Shown here one piece after another: positions 1-9,408 of a DNA stretch of 32,000 bases. The notes under the pieces are model-generated. The model had not been told where the DNA came from. It saw nothing but the letters and a program-made list of their open reading frames with translations, and ran no database searches. Position numbers and translations under genes: made by a program. Position 1 is the first letter of the stretch. The number at the start of each line of letters is the position of its first letter. This DNA comes from Candidatus Saccharimonadota bacterium (GTDB lineage: Bacteria > Patescibacteriota > Saccharimonadia > Saccharimonadales > UBA4665). The stretch lies in assembly GCA_003516025.1 (NCBI GenBank), contig CP023991.1:973783-1005782 (forward strand). The letters run 5' to 3'.

Positions 1-1
1 C

Positions 2-1099
2 CAGGTGGCGGACATCGCATTTATCACCCCTATCCGTGATGGCATGAACCTGGTAGCCAAAGAATACATTGCCAGCAAACCGAAGAATGACGGCGTACTT
101 ATTCTCAGTGAAACCGCGGGCGCGGCCCAGGAATTAACGCAGGCCCTGATGGTGAATCCTAAAAAACCGGGCACACTGGTCGACGCCCTGACTAGCGCAG
201 TTAATATGCCGAAGCGTGAACTGAAGCAACGGATCACCACCATGCACAAACAAATCGCTACTCATACCGTACAGGATTGGGCAGGCACGTTTATGAAAAA
301 CTTACAGAAGCCTATCCCGAATACCCGGCATATCACCCGTACGGTCACCCGTGACCGCGAGCAGGACATGGTTGATTCCTTCCGGGCCGCCGGCGCGCGT
401 ATGATTTTACTTGACTATGATGGCGTCCTAGCCCCGTTCGCTGACAAGCCAGCCAGTGCTAAACCGTCTGCGGCCACAATTAAGTTACTGGAAAAGTTGG
501 CCGCTTTGCCGAATACCGACGTTATTATTATCAGTGGCCGAGGCAAAATTGATTTGGAATTGTGGCTGGGCGATTTGCCATTGACATTAATCGCCGAACA
601 TGGCGCCATTATCCGTAAAGCCGGTAATAAAAACTGGCGGCGAGTGGTAAATGGCAACCAGGACTGGCAAAAAGATGTCGAGGTCTTGCTGGAACGCTAC
701 GCCGCCCGCACACCCGGAGCCTTCGTAGAACATAAAGACTATTCACTCGTCTGGCACTACCGTAAGGCTTCCGCCTATTACGCCCAAAAGCACCTGGTGG
801 CACTCAAGCGGCTACTCAAAAAGCCAGCTAAAACATATAACCTGGACGTCCGCACCGGCAACAAAATTTTAGAAATCCGGCCTGTTGGTGTCACCAAGGG
901 CACGGCAGCTGCGGACATGGTTGAAGCCAAACCGGATTTCGTCCTGGCGATTGGCGACGACTACACCGACGAAGACATGTTTACCAGCCTACAGTGGCCA
1001 GCTTACACCGTTAAAGTTGGCCGCGGACCCACGGCAGCCCGCTTCCGTATTCCACGGATTGACGGCGTACAAAACTTGTTGAAAAAATTTGTCCGCTAA
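2..1099 (+). CDS. Trehalose-6-phosphate synthase (C-terminal part of the GT20 domain) fused to trehalose-6-phosphate phosphatase. The 5' end lies outside the window.
   Basis: The frame is open from the window edge. The N-terminal part FITPIRDGMNLVAKEYIA is the conserved OtsA/GT20 motif. The downstream part has the HAD/OtsB motif LLDYDGVLAPF plus IGDDYTDEDMF (motif IV). Confidence 0.85.
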   Translation, partial: QVADIAFITPIRDGMNLVAKEYIASKPKNDGVLILSETAGAAQELTQALMVNPKKPGTLVDALTSAVNMPKRELKQRITTMHKQIATHTVQDWAGTFMKNLQKPIPNTRHITRTVTRDREQDMVDSFRAAGARMILLDYDGVLAPFADKPASAKPSAATIKLLEKLAALPNTDVIIISGRGKIDLELWLGDLPLTLIAEHGAIIRKAGNKNWRRVVNGNQDWQKDVEVLLERYAARTPGAFVEHKDYSLVWHYRKASAYYAQKHLVALKRLLKKPAKTYNLDVRTGNKILEIRPVGVTKGTAAADMVEAKPDFVLAIGDDYTDEDMFTSLQWPAYTVKVGRGPTAARFRIPRIDGVQNLLKKFVR

Positions 1100-1971
1100 C
1101 TCTGTTCGACCTGTTCTTTCGGACAGATATGGGTACCCCGTCCGGCCACTCGGAGCTTTTCGATAATCGTACCGCAGCGCGGGCATGGTTGTCCTTCGCG
1201 GCGAAAGACATTGGCGAACGTCAGATACTTGCCACGCTTCCCTTCGGCGTCAACGTAGTGCTGGTCGGTCGAGCCGCCTTTGCTGATACTCAGTTCCAAC
1301 ACATCGCGCAATGCTTTATATAAAGCTTTAATTTCCTGATCAGTTACTGTCTTGACCAGCCGCTTAGGGTGGATTTTTGCGCCCCATAAGCTCTCGTCGG
1401 CATAAATGTTACCGACACCGGCAATTACGCTCTGGTCGAGCAGCGCGGCTTTGATGTTAGTGTTTTTACGGCGCTGCAGGCGCTCCCTCATAATTTCCCA
1501 GGTAAAGTCATTGCCGAGCGGCTCGGGGCCAACTTTTTGAAAGAAGTCGATCATGGGGATTTCGGCGGTCGGAACCAGGCGTACCCAGCCGAACTTACGC
1601 TGGTCGTTAAAGAACAGGCGGGCGCCGTCGCTAAGGTCGAAGATCACTCGCGTTGAGCGGTCGGGCAATTCGCCGATCAGGCTGTCGTTGGGATGTCCGG
1701 CACCAAACCGCTCATTGTCTGCCCGGTACACCATCTGGCCGGTCATCTTAAGGTGGATAATTAGGCTGTACTTGGTACTGAGTTCAATCATCAGTACCTT
1801 GGCGCGGCGTTTAACGGCTACGACTTGAGCGCCAATCATGAATTGTTCCACATCGGCGGGCGCGTTAGGAAAACTTTTTGGGTTGTCGGAAGATACGGCG
1901 ATAATAACAAGGCCTTCGAGTAGACGGCTCAGGCCACGGCGGACGGTTTCAACCTCTGGAAGTTCCGGCAT
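1096..1971 (-). CDS. mutM: Formamidopyrimidine-DNA glycosylase (Fpg/MutM)
   Basis: It has the canonical N-terminus MPELPEVETVRRGL, an H2TH region and a C-terminal zinc-finger-like CPRCG...HICPKEQ. Its stop overlaps the stop of the convergent gene at 1097..1099. Confidence 0.93.
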   Translation of the reverse strand: MPELPEVETVRRGLSRLLEGLVIIAVSSDNPKSFPNAPADVEQFMIGAQVVAVKRRAKVLMIELSTKYSLIIHLKMTGQMVYRADNERFGAGHPNDSLIGELPDRSTRVIFDLSDGARLFFNDQRKFGWVRLVPTAEIPMIDFFQKVGPEPLGNDFTWEIMRERLQRRKNTNIKAALLDQSVIAGVGNIYADESLWGAKIHPKRLVKTVTDQEIKALYKALRDVLELSISKGGSTDQHYVDAEGKRGKYLTFANVFRREGQPCPRCGTIIEKLRVAGRGTHICPKEQVEQS

Positions 1972-1977
1972 ACTACC

Positions 1978-1986
1978 ATTGTAACA
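1978..1986 (-). promoter_or_regulatory. Extended -10 box TGTTACAAT, 6 nt upstream of the mutM ATG (leaderless-type promoter)
   Basis: The minus strand reads cTTGTTACAATggtagtATG. There is no SD between the box and the start codon. The same 9-mer precedes arginase. Confidence 0.45.
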
Positions 1987-1988
1987 AG

Positions 1989-2546
1989 CTAAACTAGTCT
2001 AAGAAGCAAATTTGTGAGGACGGACCTTGTTTTGCGATGACGACGCGTGGTATCAAGTATTAACTTACTGACACCACCTTCGAGGCGGCTATCTGATTTT
2101 TCTGCTAAAAAGTCGAGAGCCACCAGGTCGTCACCTTCACGCCTAGGCTTGAGCGCGGTCTTCTTTACTGCATCGTGGACAATTACACGTTCCCTATCAG
2201 TAAACTGAGCCGGGAGCTCTTCACCCATCTCGTCATTAAGATGAAAAGGCTTTTCAAATATCACTTCCCCACCATTGTGGCGGGTTTCGTCTGCCTGAGC
2301 GCCCTCTTCAACTACAACCTCGTGGCGTACAAACCTACGAGTCAAATCTTCGACCGCCGTTGCAACGCTTGGCGTAGCCGCTATAACTGCGAACTCGGCG
2401 ATAGGTATCGCTTTATGTAATGCCCGCAACCTGGCTTCGGACCCATAAGTCGCATCTAACTCCATAGTGATAGCCTCATCAGTCAAGACATGAGTGAGAA
2501 AAAATGCTTCTTCGACTCGAGTGGGTTCAGCTAATGCGTGGGTCAT
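1989..2546 (-). CDS. Hypothetical protein (185 aa), no recognised domain
   Basis: It is the only long ORF covering this interval, and its composition matches the neighbouring genes. It ends 18 nt upstream of the mutM start, so it is probably co-transcribed. I see no motif I can name. Confidence 0.55.
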   Translation of the reverse strand: MTHALAEPTRVEEAFFLTHVLTDEAITMELDATYGSEARLRALHKAIPIAEFAVIAATPSVATAVEDLTRRFVRHEVVVEEGAQADETRHNGGEVIFEKPFHLNDEMGEELPAQFTDRERVIVHDAVKKTALKPRREGDDLVALDFLAEKSDSRLEGGVSKLILDTTRRHRKTRSVLTNLLLRLV

Positions 2547-2653
2547 TATTTATTATGTTAGCGCTAATGGTTAAACTACTTATAGTATACACTGATTCCT
2601 ATTTTTATGCAATAGCGTGATGAAAAATGTCACAGTGCTTTTGCCATAGAAGG

Positions 2654-2659
2654 TATAAT
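2654..2659 (+). promoter_or_regulatory. TATAAT -10 box, 7 nt upstream of the ATG at 2667
   Basis: The sequence is ggTATAATaaggagtATG. The AAGGAG could instead act as an SD if transcription starts further upstream, so the call is ambiguous. Confidence 0.3.
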
Positions 2660-2666
2660 AAGGAGT

Positions 2667-2906
2667 ATGAGCAGTTCCCTGGCTGACATTTTAGCGAATA
2701 AGAACTTTGATGAGCCGTATGAGGCCACGCAGATTAAAAAGTACGTCCTGGAAACGTATCAAAAAAGCGTAGCCGTTACCGTGAGGGAGAAAGACATCAC
2801 CATTACGGCGCAAGGCGCTGCCTTTACCCATGCCTTGCGCATGCGCTGGAAACAGATACAACGGGCCGCCGAAACCGACAAACGGCTAATTTTCCGTATA
2901 GCCTAA
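2667..2906 (+). CDS. Small protein (79 aa), tentatively DUF721/DciA-like
   Basis: AAGGAG lies upstream of the ATG. The C-terminal half (KDITITAQGAAFTHALRMRWKQIQRAAE) resembles, from memory, the 'L-t-I-v-ssa-w-a-q-eL-r-l-r-k-e-I' pattern of DUF721 proteins. This was not verified by any search. Confidence 0.6.
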   Translation: MSSSLADILANKNFDEPYEATQIKKYVLETYQKSVAVTVREKDITITAQGAAFTHALRMRWKQIQRAAETDKRLIFRIA

Positions 2907-3478
2907 CCTGCTTGAAGCAGTGTCTGCAGCTCCTGTTTCATCCGCGTGAAGTCCTGGTAGAATATGGCATGCATGCCCACGTCGCGGGCACCAGTACAGT
3001 GCCGTTCCTGATCGTCGATGAACACGATATCTTGCGGTGATACCTCCAGCCGGTCCGCGATAGTGAGGTACGCGCGGGCCTCTGGTTTTACGGTGCCCAT
3101 CTCATACGACAAGGCGATCTGGTCGAACAGGCTTATCTGGTCGGCTAAAAAGAGTTTGTGCAGCAAGTTTGAGCCGGCATTGCTTAACATGCCAATGGCG
3201 TAGCGTGGTTTTAATTCGGTAGAAATATAGGTAAATAATCCCGTATTAATGCTGCTAGCGTCAATTTCTCTGGCAGCCTGGCTCGGTGACAGGCTAGCCA
3301 TATCGGCCACCTGATCCAAGAAGTCATCGGGAGACAATATGCCGGCACCCGCCTGCTTATTGAGGTCACTGGCTTGCTCGAATAAATCCGGCTTATCGCC
3401 GAAGTATTTCTGCTTAAACGGCAGCCAACCATCAGATGTCAGTACGCCGAAACAATCAAAGACTATAGCCTGGATCAT
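2903..3478 (-). CDS. HAD-superfamily hydrolase (subfamily IA-like)
   Basis: The N-terminus AIVFDCFGVL is a motif I variant. A small cap region follows, and VFIDDQERHCTGARDVGM is motif IV. Confidence 0.8.
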   Translation of the reverse strand: MIQAIVFDCFGVLTSDGWLPFKQKYFGDKPDLFEQASDLNKQAGAGILSPDDFLDQVADMASLSPSQAAREIDASSINTGLFTYISTELKPRYAIGMLSNAGSNLLHKLFLADQISLFDQIALSYEMGTVKPEARAYLTIADRLEVSPQDIVFIDDQERHCTGARDVGMHAIFYQDFTRMKQELQTLLQAG

Positions 3479-3484
3479 AGTTCC

Positions 3485-3490
3485 AGTATA
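3485..3490 (-). promoter_or_regulatory. TATACT -10 box, 6 nt upstream of the HAD hydrolase ATG
   Basis: The minus strand reads cgcTATACTggaactATG, with no SD. Confidence 0.35.
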
Positions 3491-3503
3491 GCGAAGTTTG
3501 GAC

Positions 3504-4061
3504 TTATTGGTTTAAGTTCGAAGTGAGCTTATTGTAGTCAGGCACCTGGCTGCGATAGAGGCTGCGGATAGTGTCGGTCTTACCCTTGAAATTACCGATG
3601 TTACCGCATGAAGTGGACCAGTAGCGCTGCGTAACGTTGCCGCTACCATTGATAATTTCATAAATATAACGATAGCCAGTTGGGCAGTAGCCACGCTCGT
3701 CACGCTTGTCGGCATCACTGGTACCGTTGTTATAGCCAGCCACCTGCAAGGCGCGCAGGAAGTTGGCGTAGGCGGTTTCATTGTTCGCGTAGTTCTGTGA
3801 GCGTAGTACCTGGCCCTCATAACCGTTTTCTACAGTAAAGGTTACCTGATCGCGGCCAACAGTAGTTACCAGCTCGTGGTGGGTCTGGTTAGCGGTGACA
3901 GGATAATCCTGTATAAGGCGTACGGTGGTGTCAGTGGTGGCGTACGTGACCAGCTGCGCCGGCTGGTTTTGCGGCGTGTCATCACCGCCGCCACGAAAAA
4001 TAAGGACAAAAACCAGAATCAGGAGACCGATGCTAACTAAAAATCCAATAATGTACTTCAT
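3504..4061 (-). CDS. Hypothetical membrane-anchored or secreted protein (185 aa)
   Basis: It has an N-terminal hydrophobic helix (MKYIIGFLVSIGLLILVFVLIF), an SD (AAGAGGTGA) and a strong upstream promoter. No domain was recognised. Confidence 0.7.
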   Translation of the reverse strand: MKYIIGFLVSIGLLILVFVLIFRGGGDDTPQNQPAQLVTYATTDTTVRLIQDYPVTANQTHHELVTTVGRDQVTFTVENGYEGQVLRSQNYANNETAYANFLRALQVAGYNNGTSDADKRDERGYCPTGYRYIYEIINGSGNVTQRYWSTSCGNIGNFKGKTDTIRSLYRSQVPDYNKLTSNLNQ

Positions 4062-4092
4062 ATTATTCTGCTCACCTCTTATAGGTATCTAT

Positions 4093-4121
4093 ATAATAGC
4101 ACAAACAGATAAAAATTGCAA
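4093..4121 (-). promoter_or_regulatory. Sigma70-type promoter TTGCAA-N17-TATTAT (with TGC extended -10) for the 3504..4061 gene
   Basis: The minus strand reads TTGCAAtttttatctgtttgTGCTATTAT, followed by a ~31 nt leader containing AAGAGGTGA. Confidence 0.55.
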
Positions 4122-4201
4122 TACTTATGCTTGCGGTTAGAATTGGATATTGTCCCGGTAATCATATGGCCTGAGGGCGGTTGCGCATTGGCGGTAGAAT
4201 A

Positions 4202-6883
4202 TTATAACGCGCCCCAGTTTTCAGCGACAGTAACATCAACATCCAGCCGGACCGGAAGCTTGTAAATGTTCTCCATGGCGCCCTGTAGCAGCTTGCCTAC
4301 TTCTTCAGCGGCGTCAGCCGGACATTCGACCAGAATCGAATCATGAACCTGTAGCAGCTGTTTAGACCCCGGGTAGTCAGCTAACAGCTTATCGACCTCG
4401 ATCATGGCCATCTTCATCAGGTCAGCCTCGGTTCCCTGGATAGGCATGTTAATGGCGGCGCGCTCGGCAGCCTGGCGAACAATGAAGTTCGAGGAATGGA
4501 TATCCGGCATCGGCCGGCGGCGGCCAACCAGAGTTTCGACGTAACCTTGTTTGCGGGCCAACTCCCGGGTGCGATCCATATAATCGAACAGCGGCTGACG
4601 GACTTTTTTGTAACGCTCAATAAAGGTAACGGCCTGCTCGCGGGTCATACCGGTAGCGATAGACAGGCCGTGCGGACTCATACCGTACAAAATACCGAAG
4701 TTAATGACTTTGGCCGCCCGGCGCATACCCTTGGTGACATCTTCCACTTCGCGGCCGTAAACCAATGCCGCGGTGGCAGTATGGATATCCGCGCCGCTGT
4801 TGAACATGTCGACCAGTTCGCGGTCTTTGGCCATAACAGCGGCCAGGCGAAGTTCGAACTGGCTGTAATCGGCACTGACTAATTTATTGCCAGGTCCAGC
4901 GACAAAGGCGGTACGAATGCGACGTCCGAGGTCGGTGCGGGTTGGGATATTCTGTAAGTTCGGATCGGTGCTGCTCAGGCGGCCGGTTTGGGCAATAGTA
5001 AGGTTGAATGTCGTATGGACTCTACTGTGCCCGTCGACAAGTTTCGGCAGCGTATCAACATAGGTATTTTTAAGCTTGGCGACTTCGCGGTATTGCGTAA
5101 TGAGGTCAATAATTGGATGCTGGCCACGCAGTTTATCCAACTCGCTGGCAGCGGTAGAGTAGCCGGTTTTGCCCTTCTTGATACCACCGGTTGGCAGCTT
5201 AAGAAACTCAAACAGGATATCGGCTAGCTGCGTCGGGCTGCCGATGTTAAATTCCTGCTCGGCAACACCGTAAATCTGCCCTTCGAGATCAGCGATGGTA
5301 GCGTCAATTTCGGCGGCGAACTTTTCCAGGTAATCAGTATCGAGCAGCATTCCCTCGTATTCCATACGGGCCAGGACTTCGATGACCGGCCATTCCACGT
5401 TGCTGGCCAGTTCATCCACTTGTGGCATGTCCTTAAGCGCCGGAATTTGTTTGTCAGCTAAGGCAGTTATGACAGCAACTATTTCGGCCGCGCGGGTAGT
5501 CAGCTCCTCGTCGTCACTATCTTCGAACGGCGACCCATCGTAATCGAGCTCACTAGCAGCAAGTTCGCTCAAGGTAAGGTCGCGGCGCAACGAATCGAGT
5601 AAAAAGGCGGCAATCTGCGTGTCGTGTCCTACCCCGACTACCGTAATCCCCAACTCGTATAACACTTGTAGCGTGCTTTTAATGTCATGGCCCACTTTAC
5701 GTATGCCCGCATTCGACATAAACGGCTCCAGCACTTCGCGGACCTGATCGGCCGACACTTTAGTCAGGTCAATAGTATACGTGTGGCCGGCGCTTGGGCT
5801 GACCATCAGCACACGCGGGTCTTTGCCGTGGCGGCCGGCAGCCCGGGAGTGCAGTACCAGGCGATCGGTTTTACCAAGGTTGGCCGGCAGCTCCGCGAGC
5901 TTGGCGTCACTATCAATTACATTGTTGGCGCCGATTTTAAGGTCAGTCCGGCTGGTACTAGGCAGACTATCGGACGAGACCTGCATGATTTCCGGCAGTT
6001 GCCGGGCCAGGCTGCGGAATTCCAGACGTTGTAACATTTCAGCGATTTTTTCGGGATTTCCTTTAGAGCCGTCAAGTTCGTCAAGATCAAGTGTCATCGG
6101 CGCGTCGGTCCAGATAGCACCCAGTTCTTTACTGAGATAGGCCGATTCCCTGCCCGCCTCAAGTTTACGGCGCATGGCGTCCTTAACCAAACCCAGGTTT
6201 TCATAAATGCCATCAAGCGTTTCGAACTGCTGCAACAGCTGCACGGCACCTTTTTCACCTATTCCGGGCACGCCGGGAATATTGTCAGAGGAATCACCCT
6301 TAAGCGCCTTAAGGTCAAGCATTTGGTCGACCCGGATGCCGTATTTGGCTTCCAGCGTCTTCGGTGAGTACAGCTCAATGTTACTAAGGCCTTTTTTGAG
6401 AGCATAGACGTGGACCAGCGGATTAACCAACTGCAGCATGTCGAGGTCGCTGGTAATCAACAGTGTCTCGATGTTCTGATCGTGCGCCAGCCGGGCCATG
6501 GTGCCCATAATGTCATCGGCTTCGTAATCGTCAAATTCGTATAGAGGCCAGCCAAAGGCCTGCAACAGTTCGTGGAGCACGGGAATCTGCGCCTTAAAAT
6601 CAGGCGGCGTCGGTTTGCGGCCGGCTTTGTATTCCGGGTAGAGCTCAAGGCGGCGGCGGATGTTCGTTTTTGGCTTATCCCAGGCTACGGCCACGTAGTC
6701 CGGCTGCAGACGCTTAATAACTTCCAGGGCCATGGTAGCAAAACCAAACACGCCGCCAGTCGGCGTGCCGTCCTTGGTGCTCAGGTTCGGCATGGCATAA
6801 TAACCACGATAAAACACCGATTTTCCGTCGATGACAGCAAGTTTTTTACGGGGAGCGGTCGTTTCGCGTGAAGTGTCAGTCAT
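4202..6883 (-). CDS. polA: DNA polymerase I
   Basis: The 893-aa product has a 5'-3' exonuclease N-terminus (GVPGIGEKGA), a middle domain lacking the DxE exonuclease motif (Taq/Bst-like), and polymerase motifs DYSQFELR, RRAAKVINFGILYG and QVHDSILVE. Confidence 0.97.
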   Translation of the reverse strand: MTDTSRETTAPRKKLAVIDGKSVFYRGYYAMPNLSTKDGTPTGGVFGFATMALEVIKRLQPDYVAVAWDKPKTNIRRRLELYPEYKAGRKPTPPDFKAQIPVLHELLQAFGWPLYEFDDYEADDIMGTMARLAHDQNIETLLITSDLDMLQLVNPLVHVYALKKGLSNIELYSPKTLEAKYGIRVDQMLDLKALKGDSSDNIPGVPGIGEKGAVQLLQQFETLDGIYENLGLVKDAMRRKLEAGRESAYLSKELGAIWTDAPMTLDLDELDGSKGNPEKIAEMLQRLEFRSLARQLPEIMQVSSDSLPSTSRTDLKIGANNVIDSDAKLAELPANLGKTDRLVLHSRAAGRHGKDPRVLMVSPSAGHTYTIDLTKVSADQVREVLEPFMSNAGIRKVGHDIKSTLQVLYELGITVVGVGHDTQIAAFLLDSLRRDLTLSELAASELDYDGSPFEDSDDEELTTRAAEIVAVITALADKQIPALKDMPQVDELASNVEWPVIEVLARMEYEGMLLDTDYLEKFAAEIDATIADLEGQIYGVAEQEFNIGSPTQLADILFEFLKLPTGGIKKGKTGYSTAASELDKLRGQHPIIDLITQYREVAKLKNTYVDTLPKLVDGHSRVHTTFNLTIAQTGRLSSTDPNLQNIPTRTDLGRRIRTAFVAGPGNKLVSADYSQFELRLAAVMAKDRELVDMFNSGADIHTATAALVYGREVEDVTKGMRRAAKVINFGILYGMSPHGLSIATGMTREQAVTFIERYKKVRQPLFDYMDRTRELARKQGYVETLVGRRRPMPDIHSSNFIVRQAAERAAINMPIQGTEADLMKMAMIEVDKLLADYPGSKQLLQVHDSILVECPADAAEEVGKLLQGAMENIYKLPVRLDVDVTVAENWGAL

Positions 6884-6891
6884 TACTTCTT

Positions 6892-6897
6892 AGTATA
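6892..6897 (-). promoter_or_regulatory. TATACT -10 box, 8 nt upstream of the polA ATG
   Basis: The minus strand reads aaggTATACTaagaagtaATG. There is no SD, and I found no convincing -35. Confidence 0.3.
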
Positions 6898-6941
6898 CCT
6901 TGAAGTGGCGGGTTTTTATGGGCGGAGCTCTCTAAACGCGG

Positions 6942-7526
6942 TTATTCAGCCAGTAAGGCGGCAACTTCCTGCTTCAGCAGGTTCAATTCGTTGCCGCCGT
7001 TGGTCATATGGGTATCGGCTTTATCGCGGACGGCAGCCATATCAAGAGTAGCGGCGTCACCCGTAGAGTGCATTTCCGCCTGCTCTTCAGCTACAAATTG
7101 CTCATAGGTTTTTTCGTCTTCCCCGGCACGAGCCCGCTCGGCAGCATTAGAGCGGATACGAGTAAAGCGCAGCAGCGGATCAGCGTCAAGCCACCAGACC
7201 TCACCGCCCAGTTCATGTATGCGGTCAACCTCGAATGGATTACGTAAACTGGCGATGGCGACGCCTTTATATCTGCCTTTCGGCTGCTCGTAAAAAATAT
7301 CCATCGCCCGGTCAACCAGCACGCCAAAACCGAACTGTCGGCGCCATGAGGCACTCAGCTCACGCAGGTGCTCACGGTCGATCGGAAAGCCCTGCCGGCG
7401 TAGTTCCGCCCGCAGTACATCAGTTACAGATACGAACAAATAGCCATGCTCTACGGCAAGCGTATGGCCCACGGTGTCCTTACCGGATCCGTTTGTTCCG
7501 GCAATACCAATAATTTTCTTACTCAT
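6942..7526 (-). CDS. P-loop nucleotide/nucleoside kinase-like protein (AAA_17/dNMP-kinase-like)
   Basis: It has a Walker A motif (GIAGTNGSGKDT) at the N-terminus, and its size (194 aa) is typical of small kinases. The specific substrate cannot be determined from the sequence. Confidence 0.65.
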   Translation of the reverse strand: MSKKIIGIAGTNGSGKDTVGHTLAVEHGYLFVSVTDVLRAELRRQGFPIDREHLRELSASWRRQFGFGVLVDRAMDIFYEQPKGRYKGVAIASLRNPFEVDRIHELGGEVWWLDADPLLRFTRIRSNAAERARAGEDEKTYEQFVAEEQAEMHSTGDAATLDMAAVRDKADTHMTNGGNELNLLKQEVAALLAE

Positions 7527-7535
7527 GTCACAGCT

Positions 7536-7541
7536 ATTATA
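7536..7541 (-). promoter_or_regulatory. TATAAT -10 box, 9 nt upstream of the kinase ATG
   Basis: The minus strand reads ccgcTATAATagctgtgacATG, with no SD. Confidence 0.3.
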
Positions 7542-7556
7542 GCGGTAATCAACAGT

Positions 7557-8156
7557 TTAATCGAGTATTCGCGGCCTGAGCAAAACCAGCCGGGTAAAGA
7601 CAACACATATGTGCAGTACAAATATACTCACCAGTAACCATACGACAGACCGCAAAAAGACGTCCGGACCAATCCAGTCGACAAATATCGGCCCTTCAAG
7701 CAGGTGCGCGCCAGGCACAAAGACCATAAACACCAGTCCGGCGAACGCCAGGACACGAAATAATACGCGTTCACCCGCTTCGATCAACCGGCGGTTGCGA
7801 TTCGTGCCGTTCGGCCAGACAAATTCCCGCTGCTCCATACCTTCGCCCAACTCCGTGATAAACTGTGCTATTCCCCGTAAAAACAGGTACACAATCAAAC
7901 CGACAACCGCCCAAAAGGCGCCGACAACCAGAGCAGCCGTACGCCCCGATCCAATGAGTGAGTTCAGGACATCCTCGAGACCGCTTGATAAAAGGCGAGC
8001 AACATTGAAGTCACGCGGAATACGCAAATATTGCTGAATTGCCGGCAGTTGATGAAGCGAAAAGACCAGCCCGGAGAAAAACAGGTACCATACGACGCCG
8101 ATAGCGCTTGGACTAAAGACACTGGCAACTGTTTCTGTTTTAAACTGGTTTCGCAT
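7557..8156 (-). CDS. Hypothetical integral membrane protein (199 aa, about 4 TM helices)
   Basis: The ORF has several hydrophobic segments (VVWYLFFSGLVFSL, ALVVGAFWAVVGLIVYLFL, VLAFAGLVFMVFV, VVWLLVSIFVLHICVVF). Confidence 0.65.
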   Translation of the reverse strand: MRNQFKTETVASVFSPSAIGVVWYLFFSGLVFSLHQLPAIQQYLRIPRDFNVARLLSSGLEDVLNSLIGSGRTAALVVGAFWAVVGLIVYLFLRGIAQFITELGEGMEQREFVWPNGTNRNRRLIEAGERVLFRVLAFAGLVFMVFVPGAHLLEGPIFVDWIGPDVFLRSVVWLLVSIFVLHICVVFTRLVLLRPRILD

Positions 8157-8240
8157 AATTTAGCTTAAGCTTAACAAAAAGCCACGGCAGTACAAAACCG
8201 ACTCGCCTTACTAACGCGCTCAGAAAGCGCCGCCTACTGG

Positions 8241-9383
<1,143 letters not shown>

Positions 9384-9408
9384 GTGTATTCCTCCGTTAT
9401 AAATGTAT

